Shown here: positions 11,020 through 19,298 of the stretch, one piece after another
Layout of the letters: the number at the start of each line of letters is the position of its first letter
Numbering within the stretch: position 1 is the stretch's first letter
Origin: Azolla caroliniana
Taxonomy: Eukaryota; Plantae; Polypodiophyta
NCBI GenBank assembly: GCA_043228905.1
Contig: JBHGNT010000021.1
Coordinates: 2,108,001 to 2,172,000 of the forward strand
Length of the DNA stretch: 64,000 nucleotides
Reading direction: 5' to 3'
The notes under the pieces: model-generated
Databases searched by the model: none
What the model saw: the letters and a program-made list of their open reading frames with translations, nothing else
Told to the model about the DNA's origin: nothing
Program-made: the position numbers and the translations under genes

Positions 11020-13163
11020 TCTCGGTTTTCGGAACCGAGGGAGTCGCGGTTACGTTCGTGGTTCGGCCGTACCGTCAGAAACTGGACCGAATGGCGCCCG
11101 TCTTGGCTTTTGACCCTCGCGTAGGCCGAACCATTGTCCAGCACCTTGGTCTCCATTCGCGCCGCCGTGATGTACGGCTCCCCCAGTATGACCGGATGCG
11201 AAGACGTCTCCTGCACGAAGAAGTGCTGGTCAATCTCGACGTCGCCGATCTTGACTCGCACATTCGGACAGGCCCCGTGCAGTTCCTCGGTGGCGCACGT
11301 TGCTGCCCTTATTTTCCACCCGTGCTTGGTGTTGATCGGCCATTTGCCCTTCTTATAGAAGTCCATGGACATCAAATTGATCTCCGATCCGTGGTCCACC
11401 AAAGCTATCACCGGTTCCTGGACATCGCCGATCTTCACCGGGGTTTCCGTGGTCGCTCGGGCCCAGTGTGGTCTCAAATAGTGGCTTTCCGCCCACTCGT
11501 CTCCCAGCGCCATGTCGTCTAGGTGCGTCGTCCGCACTTCCACCGGTCTTTCCGGTTCTGTCTCCGTTGACAGCCTCTTCCGTTTCACCAAGTCCACGAT
11601 GGAGTCGTGGAACTCCTTCTTGGGGATTCCCAGCACCTCTCGTAACGACAGCTCCACCTTGCTGTCGAGGATCCGTTCCTCCAGGACCTTTCGTAAGTCC
11701 GTGGTCCTTTCTATCTCCGTCCCCAGACGGTACCCGCCCTTCTGGGGTTTATCTTGCGTACCGGCCCCGCCGGCTTCGTCCCGTCGTGGCCTGGACCGGG
11801 TCTCGTATCGTTGTGAGGGCCCGGTCGTCCCGGGTTTCCCCACCCGCTTCTCTTCTACCAGAGCCTCGTAGTTCTGGCAAGCGGCTTCCACGAAGCCCGT
11901 CTTTTCCTCGACCGGGTCGCTCCACCCGGTCATCTCCCGCACCCGTTTCTCCGCACGGTCCGATTCCTCCCTTTTAAGCCTTGCACCGGCAAGGCCTTCC
12001 AGCATCGTCAGCCAGAATCCGGCTTTGCTTTCCCTTCGGGCCTCGCCGCCCCCGACTCGAATGCCGGCCGACGCCGAGTAGTGGACGGTTTCCGCGTGTC
12101 GGGCCGCCGCCTCTTCCATCAACCTTTTCATACCACCTCGCCCGTCGTTTCGGCTCAGGGCCCTTCGGGTGTCGCTGGCATGCACCCGTCCTTCCCACAG
12201 GTACACCACCCTGTTCCTTAGCGCCTCCGCGAAGTCGCCGCAGTCCTTCCGAATGTGGCCGACTTCATCGCACCACATGCACCTGTTTCCTGCCGCCGGC
12301 CGTCGGTCACGAGCCGGTTCGCCACCTTCCCTTCGGGCTTGCGCGATTTGGAGGTCCTTTATCGCCCTCGTCAATTCCTCCAGCGCCGCTCCTCCGGTTG
12401 AGCCTCTGACTACGCCGGTCGAAGCCGAACCGGTTTCCAACCACTCTCGGGTCTCTTCCTTTCGCACCTGTGGCGCTGGTTCGAGCTTCCTTGCTGCGAC
12501 CGAGCCCAACCCGGTTGCCCCGTTATCCGCCCATTCTCGCCGTTTGTCGAAACGGCCACAGACTTTCTTGACAGCCGCCCAGTCGGTAGTGAGCCCGTCT
12601 TCGGTTTCCAGCAAGAGGCCCACTTGCTCCCGATCCCGCTCGTCGACCGACTTGACAAACAGCAAGACCCGGCTCGTGTCCAGGATGGTTCGGTCGAGCG
12701 CCGAAAGGCGCGCAAAGTTTTCCTCGAACTCCCGGAGGAGTGCCGACGCGTTTCTTCCCTTCCCCGGGGACTCCACCCATTCCATGAACCTTCGCTTCGA
12801 AAGCCGGAGCGCGTCGTCCAGCCCGTATTTCTCTAGGAGCCGACCTTCGAACTCCTCCCATGTACGGCTCTCCGCCCGCACCTCTAGCACCTCCGCATGG
12901 ATGCTCGGCATCGCCACTCGGGGAAATCCGGCAAGACGCCTTTCTTCCGGAATGTCCCGCATCAGCATCTCTGCACCGTAGGACGCCAAATACTTCGTGG
13001 CATCCTTCCCATCGAACCGGCCGATCGTGCCGACGACCGCCTCAATAGCTCTGTCGAGGGCACCGGTGCCCTCGCGCGCGTTTACAATCCGATCCACGGA
13101 CGAAGCCATGGCCTCTGCAAGATCCGACCCCCTCATCTTCTGCTCTTCTGCCGCCTCCTTCAC
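11010..13163 (-). CDS. gag: Gag-protease of element C
   Basis: 717 aa open frame. IGRFDGKD capsid-like start, CMWCDEVGHIRKDC knuckle, aspartic protease ALVDHGSEINLM..VILGEPY. Confidence 0.92.
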   Translation of the reverse strand: MKEAAEEQKMRGSDLAEAMASSVDRIVNAREGTGALDRAIEAVVGTIGRFDGKDATKYLASYGAEMLMRDIPEERRLAGFPRVAMPSIHAEVLEVRAESRTWEEFEGRLLEKYGLDDALRLSKRRFMEWVESPGKGRNASALLREFEENFARLSALDRTILDTSRVLLFVKSVDERDREQVGLLLETEDGLTTDWAAVKKVCGRFDKRREWADNGATGLGSVAARKLEPAPQVRKEETREWLETGSASTGVVRGSTGGAALEELTRAIKDLQIAQARREGGEPARDRRPAAGNRCMWCDEVGHIRKDCGDFAEALRNRVVYLWEGRVHASDTRRALSRNDGRGGMKRLMEEAAARHAETVHYSASAGIRVGGGEARRESKAGFWLTMLEGLAGARLKREESDRAEKRVREMTGWSDPVEEKTGFVEAACQNYEALVEEKRVGKPGTTGPSQRYETRSRPRRDEAGGAGTQDKPQKGGYRLGTEIERTTDLRKVLEERILDSKVELSLREVLGIPKKEFHDSIVDLVKRKRLSTETEPERPVEVRTTHLDDMALGDEWAESHYLRPHWARATTETPVKIGDVQEPVIALVDHGSEINLMSMDFYKKGKWPINTKHGWKIRAATCATEELHGACPNVRVKIGDVEIDQHFFVQETSSHPVILGEPYITAARMETKVLDNGSAYARVKSQDGRHSVQFLTVRPNHERNRDSLGSENREDF

Positions 13164-13165
13164 GT

Positions 13166-13822
13166 CGGGGGTCTTGGACTAAGGAGAAGGGGAGAAGGAA
13201 TAGGACTTCGGAATGGAGCTTAGCACAAGAAGAGAAAGAATGAACAAGAGGAAGATGGAGGCCAAATGCTCAACAAGATATATTAGAACCGAAAACCGAT
13301 TACAAAATGGCGGCCGCGTAGGCCGCACCAAACGACTATGATAAACCCGAAACCCTAATCCGACGAAGAAGAAAAGAAACCCTAACTAAGGAACCCTAAA
13401 CGAAACCCTAACCCTAAAACGAAATGGTATACCTCACTCACACTCAAAAATAAGGCAACCCCCACAATGGTGCTCTTCCTCTCCCTTTATAGCACAAGGA
13501 GGGAAGACCGTTACATAAAGGTGCTACAAAATATCCCCTTTCAATCAATGGGGATATTTCCCTTGATTTTAGGGGAGGTGGGAAGGATGGGTCTTAACTC
13601 CCACCTCTACACGAACTACTATGTACCTATCTCTCTCTCTCACGTGGATGTGCGCGCAAAAGCACATCACCTTTACACTTTACAAATCCTAAGGTGCATT
13701 TCTAGCACCACACTTGTCACTATCGACAAATAGAAATACAACATCTTGATGTGCAACGTTGCACATCGCGGGTTTGCTTACTTTGCTCGGTTTTCCGCCT
13801 ATGGACGAAAATCTTCACGACA
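13166..13822 (-). repeat. 3' LTR of element D, missing its terminal 41 bp
   Basis: Matches 18041-18697 with one mismatch seen; followed by PPT at 13823-13835. Confidence 0.93.
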
Positions 13823-13833
13823 TCCGCCCCCAC

Positions 13834-15600
13834 CTAACCGCACATCCACCGGTATGTGCCAAAAGGGGAACAAAACGCGAGATTTTCGGCCAAGGCGGCC
13901 AACCGAGCCCTTGACAACCTCGTGGGCTTGCCCGGCTTAGTCTTCCACTTCGAGCAACTCCACCCCGTCCACACGAACCACCGTCTACATCCGGACCGCC
14001 GTTTCCGATGCCCGCGCTTTCTTCCCCGATCGGTCCTCCCGAACGCCGTTGCCGACCCTTTGTCCGCCTCGCATATCCTCCGGATCCGCCTTTTTCGTGC
14101 CGCGCACCTCGTCATGCCGACTCTTTTCGCTCTGCGCTTGCCTTCCGTAGGCTTTCCCCGTACGTCGGTGTCGTCCTCCGAATGCGTGCTCGTGCTTTGG
14201 TCCTTCGATGACCCCATCACGCATTTTTCGCCTTCCCTTTGCTTGCCGTGCTCTCTCTCCGTAGAGCATACCATCGTTCCCGTGCTCGTTGCTTGGCCCT
14301 CATGCGGCCGCATTGCACGTTTCGCATTCCGCTCCTCTTCGCGTAACCTTTCGGAAAGGTGCCTTTCTTCCCCGACCTCCGTTTCGCTCGGAGGAACACC
14401 CTCTTGGCCCTCTTGGCCCGCTCGACCGCACACATCCTTCGTGATGTCGTGTTCGTTCTTTTGGGCGCATACATCTTCGTTCTCCACGACCTCCCGTATG
14501 CCTCTCTCGGTGCCTTCATCCGTTGTGGCCTTCGTCCCCTCGCCGCCACCGTCCGCCACTCTTGGTCTCACGTCGGCACTCGCGCCGACCGCCGGAGTCT
14601 CTATAGCCGGTGTGGAGGATCCCTCTCGGGCCTTATCTTCGTGGCCGCCGGTCTTAGCCTCTCCGTAGGCCACCTCTTCCCACCAATCTTCCCTAGCATC
14701 GTGCCAGGTCTTGTCGTCGCCGCCTTCCTCCTCGTATTCGCCTCTCGAAGGCGTGATCCGACCGTCATCTTCGGTCGCTCGATGTGGCTCCTTCGTAGGC
14801 ATGCTTGTGTCTTGGCCCTCCATCGGCCGTATTGCATGCATCTCGTCTCGCTCTTCCGCCGTAGACCCGACCTCCGTGTCGGTCTTCTCCTCCTTTGTCG
14901 CCGTAGCCCGTTCCGACACGGGCTCGCCGTCTTGGACCCACCCGTCCACCATCTCGTACCGGATATCCGTTTCGGTAACCTCGTACGCTCCGGCCTCCGA
15001 CTCCTCGCCGCCACCCGCCGTTTCTCTGGTCTTATGTTGATCCGCAACCGCCGTAGTCTCTAGAGTGGGTATGGAGGGTCTCGTTTGTTTCCGTTTTTCC
15101 CCCGAACCATGGTCGTCGTGCCCGGTTAGCCTCCATCTCGCGCTTACCGGCTCCCATCGTAACCGTAACCGTAACCGTAACCGGCCAATCGGTCTCGCCG
15201 GCTTCCTTCGGTTTGGGCCCGGTTCGCCGGCCCTTACTCTCTTCTTCTTCCGTGCCGTATTCTGGTCGGGTCGGTTCCCGACTCTCTCCTCGTTTCCGCT
15301 CCGGTCCTCTCTGTCGGACCCACCGTATACGCCCATTCCGGGCCCCGCATACTCGTCTTCGTATGCGCTCTCTCCGGGCCTCACCTCCTCACGGTCACCG
15401 CCCATCTCTCCGATCTCACGTTGGCATTTGAGCACAACCGCCGAAGTCTCCGGCCCCGGTGTCAAGGGGTCTTGCCTCCGTCCGCTCCAATCTTCCTTTT
15501 TGTTTCCGTTGCCCGCCTTGCCGCCGTCACCTCCCGTCGCACTAAGCCTCATGCCGGCACTCGGGCCGGCCATTGGAGCCTCTAGGATTGGTGTGGGCAA
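13834..15600 (-). CDS. Downstream low-complexity ORF of element D (probable frameshifted continuation of the Gag-like ORF)
   Basis: 588 aa, overlaps the end of 15582-17957, begins inside a copy of the same peptide repeat, ends WMCG* at the PPT like the equivalent ORF in G. Confidence 0.6.
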   Translation of the reverse strand: MPTPILEAPMAGPSAGMRLSATGGDGGKAGNGNKKEDWSGRRQDPLTPGPETSAVVLKCQREIGEMGGDREEVRPGESAYEDEYAGPGMGVYGGSDREDRSGNEERVGNRPDQNTARKKKRVRAGEPGPNRRKPARPIGRLRLRLRLRWEPVSARWRLTGHDDHGSGEKRKQTRPSIPTLETTAVADQHKTRETAGGGEESEAGAYEVTETDIRYEMVDGWVQDGEPVSERATATKEEKTDTEVGSTAEERDEMHAIRPMEGQDTSMPTKEPHRATEDDGRITPSRGEYEEEGGDDKTWHDAREDWWEEVAYGEAKTGGHEDKAREGSSTPAIETPAVGASADVRPRVADGGGEGTKATTDEGTERGIREVVENEDVCAQKNEHDITKDVCGRAGQEGQEGVPPSETEVGEERHLSERLREEERNAKRAMRPHEGQATSTGTMVCSTEREHGKQREGEKCVMGSSKDQSTSTHSEDDTDVRGKPTEGKRRAKRVGMTRCAARKRRIRRICEADKGSATAFGRTDRGRKRGHRKRRSGCRRWFVWTGWSCSKWKTKPGKPTRLSRARLAALAENLAFCSPFGTYRWMCG

Positions 15601-17957
15601 GGACCCGGCACCGCCGCTTGTTGTCTCCGTAGCCGCTTTCGTTCGGACGTCGTTTCCGCGGCTCCCCCATCTCTGATTCCGTAAGCCTCTAGTATGCTTG
15701 CCACCACCTCTTCTTCGCCATTCTCCGCGTCATTTTGTTTGCCTGCCTTGCCGCCGCCACCGCCCGTCGTTCTAGGTCTCGTGCCGGCACTCGGGCCGAC
15801 CACCGAAGCCTCTAGGGCCGGTGTGTGGAAGGTCGCGGCACCACCGCTCGCCTCCTCTCCGCTCGATGTTTTGGGCCGCCGTGCCCCGAATCTTCCGCCC
15901 ACTTTCGAAGTGGCGCTCTCCGCTTTGTAGTCACCGGCCTCATCCTTGGCCGTCCATTCGCCGCAAGACGAGAGGGTTGCTCGCTCCGCACCCTCTCCCA
16001 TGTCGTCGTCGTTTCGGTTGCCCGCCTTGCCGCCGCCACCATCCGTCACTCTAGGCCTCTCGCCGGCTCTCGGGCCGGGTGCCGGAGTCTCTAGGACCGG
16101 TGCGTGGAAGGTCGCGACACCACCACTCCTCTCGTCCGTAGCCACCTCCATTCGGACATCGTCGTTCGTGGCTACCCCGTCTTCGGTTTCGCAAGCATCG
16201 AGTATGCTTGCCGCCGCCTCTTCTTCGCCGGTCTCGTCCTCATCTCGGTTGTCCGCCTTGCCGCCGCCACCGTCCGTAGCTCTAGGTCTCGTGCCGGCAC
16301 TCGGGCCGACCGCCGAAGCCTCTAGGGCCGGTGTGTGGAAGGTCGCGACACCATCGCTCGTTTTGTCTTCCTCCTCCATTTCGCAAGCCTCGAGTATGCT
16401 CGCGAAATCCTCGTAGAACGTTTCGGGCAACCGCGTCCCGAAACTTCCGCCCACTCTCGAAGTGGCGTCCATCGCTCCGTAGATATCGGCCTCGTCCATG
16501 GCCATTCTTTTTCCCCGAGATGAGACGGTCGCTTGCTCCGCACCTTCTCTCGTGTCGACGCCGTGGTCGCCCGCCTTGCCACCGCCACCGCCTCTCACCA
16601 TAGGTCTTACGCGGGCACTCGGGCCGGCCGCCGTGATCTCTAGGAATGACGCGTGTAAGGTCGAGGGACCGCCGCTCGTCGATGTAATGTCCGTAGCCAC
16701 CTCCGCTCGGACGTCGTTGTCCGTGGCTGCCCCGCCTCCGTATATGCAAGCATCGGTTATGCTTGCCGCCGCCTCTTCCGCGGTCTCCTTACCGTTGTCT
16801 CGGTTGCCCGCCTTGCCGCCGCCACCGTTCTTTTCCCTCGGTCTCACGCGGGCGCTCGGGCCGGCCACCGGGGTCTCTTGAACCGGTGCGTGGAAGGTTG
16901 CGGTACCGCCGCTTGTCTCCTCCGTACTCGATGATTCGGGCCACCATGTCCCGAATCCGCCATGTCCGCTCGAATCGGCGATTGCCGCCTCACCGTCCCC
17001 GACCTCGTCCTCGGTCGTTCTTTTCCCCCATGTCGAGAGGGCGGCTCGCTCCGCACCCTCTCCCGTGGTACCGATGTACCATTCTCTTTCGGCCTCCGCA
17101 TAGGCCCCGTCCTCCACGTGTGAGGAAGCTCCTTCCTCCGCGTCCTCCGATCCGCTCGGGCCCGACCCCGCAATAAGCCATTCTTCGGCTTCGATTTTCG
17201 CCATTACGAGCCCGCACGCCTCCCGTATTAGCGCTTGTAGGTCGGGCCCCTCCAAACCGGTTCGCGATGAGCTCTCGTCCGGCGGCATGGCGTAGTCGGT
17301 CGTCGCTCTCTCTTCTCCCCCGCTCGCGGGCCGTGTTGTGGCCGACCGCCTCGCCTCATGTTGCCGACACACCCATTCCACTTCGGGCCACTCCTCGGTG
17401 AGACCATGCGCCCCATAATCGTCTTGAAGCTCGAACATGATGTCCATCCTCTCCTCATGATGGACCGTCTTCAAAAATAGGAGGACTTTGTCCGCCCCCA
17501 CCGATCTTCGTTCCCACTCCGAGAGTTGAGAGAAACAACGCTCGAACTCTCGGAATGCCTCCATTGCGCTCCGATGGCGCCTCGCCGACGCCACCCACCG
17601 ATCGAACTCTCGCCGACCTCTTACCTCCGATTCCGCGCACCCGTATGCCTCCATTAGAGCCCCTTCAAAGGACTCCCACGATTCGTGAGCTTCTTGGAGC
17701 TCCTTGACCTCCTCGTACTTTGATGCGGCCGCCGCTCGACGAAAGAACTCTAGCCTCGTCGCTTCGTCCACGCCCATCCCCGTCATTTCCGCATCGTAGG
17801 CTCTCAAAATTTTTGGGACCTCCTTCCCATCGAACCGGCCGACTAGACGGACCACCCTTTCGACCGCTTGTTGAGCCGCCTCTCGCCTCGCCCTCTTCCG
17901 TCCGGCGTCCATCAAGATCTTTGTCATCATCTCCTCGAAGTCGAAGCCTTCTTCCAT
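15582..17957 (-). CDS. Capsid-like Gag N-terminus fused to acidic repeat array (element D)
   Basis: First ~200 aa align by eye to C Gag (GRFDGK, AEM, SWESFE, DKVLLF, GLTEEW..V..VC); then repeats ATFHTP.LE....GP.A..RPR...GGGGKAG; no zinc knuckle or protease. Confidence 0.8.
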   Translation of the reverse strand: MEEGFDFEEMMTKILMDAGRKRARREAAQQAVERVVRLVGRFDGKEVPKILRAYDAEMTGMGVDEATRLEFFRRAAAASKYEEVKELQEAHESWESFEGALMEAYGCAESEVRGRREFDRWVASARRHRSAMEAFREFERCFSQLSEWERRSVGADKVLLFLKTVHHEERMDIMFELQDDYGAHGLTEEWPEVEWVCRQHEARRSATTRPASGGEERATTDYAMPPDESSSRTGLEGPDLQALIREACGLVMAKIEAEEWLIAGSGPSGSEDAEEGASSHVEDGAYAEAEREWYIGTTGEGAERAALSTWGKRTTEDEVGDGEAAIADSSGHGGFGTWWPESSSTEETSGGTATFHAPVQETPVAGPSARVRPREKNGGGGKAGNRDNGKETAEEAAASITDACIYGGGAATDNDVRAEVATDITSTSGGPSTLHASFLEITAAGPSARVRPMVRGGGGGKAGDHGVDTREGAEQATVSSRGKRMAMDEADIYGAMDATSRVGGSFGTRLPETFYEDFASILEACEMEEEDKTSDGVATFHTPALEASAVGPSAGTRPRATDGGGGKADNRDEDETGEEEAAASILDACETEDGVATNDDVRMEVATDERSGGVATFHAPVLETPAPGPRAGERPRVTDGGGGKAGNRNDDDMGEGAERATLSSCGEWTAKDEAGDYKAESATSKVGGRFGARRPKTSSGEEASGGAATFHTPALEASVVGPSAGTRPRTTGGGGGKAGKQNDAENGEEEVVASILEAYGIRDGGAAETTSERKRLRRQQAAVPGPCPHQS

Positions 17958-17977
17958 CTCTTCCTCCCTTGCCGCCC

Positions 17978-17995
17978 TTCACGTCGGGTTCACCA
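17978..17995 (-). promoter_or_regulatory. tRNA-Trp PBS of element D
   Basis: Minus strand TGGTGAACCCGACGTGAA, 4 nt from the LTR; complementary to the plant tRNA-Trp 3' end ..TTCACGTCGGGTTCACCA (recalled). Confidence 0.85.
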
Positions 17996-17999
17996 AAGA

Positions 18000-18697
18000 T
18001 GTCGCGTTGTTACGCGCGTGCGTGGAGAAGGGCGGAACCACGGGGGTCTTGGACTAAGGAGAAGGGGAGAAGGAATAGGACTTCGGAATGGAGCTTAGCA
18101 CAAGAAGAGAAAGAATGAACAAGAGGAAGATGGAGGCCAAATGCTCAACAAGATATATTAGAACCGAAAACCGATTACAAAATGGCGGCCGCGTAGGCCG
18201 CACCAAACGACTATGATAAACCCGAAACCCTAATCCGACGAAGAAGAAAAGAAACCCTAACTAAGGAACCCTAAACGAAACCCTAACCCTAAAACGAAAT
18301 GGTATACCTCACTCACACTCAAAAATAAGGCAACCCCCACAATGGTGCTCTTCCTCTCCCTTTATAGCACAAGGAGGGAAGACCGTTACATAAAGGTGCT
18401 ACAAAATATCCCCTTTCAATCAATGGGGATATTTCCCTTGATTTTAGGGGAGGTGGGAAGGATGGGTCTTAACTCCCACCTCTACACGAACTACTATGTA
18501 CCTATCTCTCTCTCTCACGTGGATGTGCGCGCAAAAGCACATCACCTTTACACTTTACAAATCCTAAGGTGCATTTCTAGCACCACACTTGTCACTATCG
18601 ACAAATAGAAATACAACATCTTGATGTGCAACGTTGCACATCGCGGGTTTGCTTACTTTGCTCGGTTTTCTGCCTATGGACGAAAATCTTCACGACA
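18000..18697 (-). repeat. 5' LTR of element D
   Basis: 698 bp, TGTCGCGTTG..CTTCACGACA, followed by TSD CCGC. Confidence 0.95.
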
Positions 18698-19298
18698 CCG
18701 CCTTCCTCGCCGAGTTAGAGGCCACATTTGGAGAGACGGACCGACGACGTACAACTCTTAACAAGATTTATGCACTCGAACAAGGTTCACGTGCAGCTTC
18801 GGTCTATGCTTCCGAATTTCGACAACTAGCATGCGACGTCAATTGGGATGATCAAGCTTTAGCTGATCACTTTCGGCGCGGTCTTCGAAGCAATGTCAAG
18901 AATCTTCTCTTAAACTTTCCGGAGCCCACCTCGTTATCCCAAGCGATTTCACAAGCAGTCCATTGTGACAATCGTCTTTTCGAATTTCGCCAAGAAGAGC
19001 GCCGGACTTGGTTCCCACCTCATTCACTTCCACGCCACGCCCCGGTCATACAACCCCAAGCATCCTCACACTCACCTACTTCGGCAGATGCTCCTGTCCC
19101 CATGGAAATTGATCAAGCCCAATTTCGACCATTGACTGATGCTGAACGACAATTTCGGCGGGCTAATGGCTTGTGCATGTATTGTGGCGCCTCCGGTCAT
19201 GTCGTTCGCCATTGTCCTAGGAGTACTCGTCCACAATTCCATAGAGCTAACGGACCCCAACATCCGGAAAACGACATCGTTCGGTTGCAGTAGGAGCC

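Larger units (their letters stand above)
6666..18697 (-). mobile_element. Three-LTR chimeric insertion: non-autonomous D fused to autonomous C
   Basis: One TSD CCGC (6662-6665, 18698-18701) flanks two dissimilar terminal LTRs; junction at 13166-13169. Confidence 0.88.
6241..19293 (+). pseudogene. gag of element E, interrupted by the C/D chimera (coding parts 6241-6665 and 18702-19293)
   Basis: PKVSLPEKFDGTRSRFRGF; LLEDFPA|FLAELEATFG rejoins in frame across TSD CCGC; PVPMEID; CMYCGASGHVVRHC knuckle. Confidence 0.92.

Noticed and set aside
15500-16920. Regularly spaced ~100-bp repeats resembling a CRISPR-like array
   Set aside because: Long, degenerate, in-frame coding modules with mutually homologous spacers; eukaryotic context and no cas genes.
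7584-17720. Many long overlapping and antisense ORFs (e.g. 10304-11113, 12169-12981, 13856-14668)
   Set aside because: Shadow frames of GC-rich gag/pol and repeat ORFs; no independent motifs.
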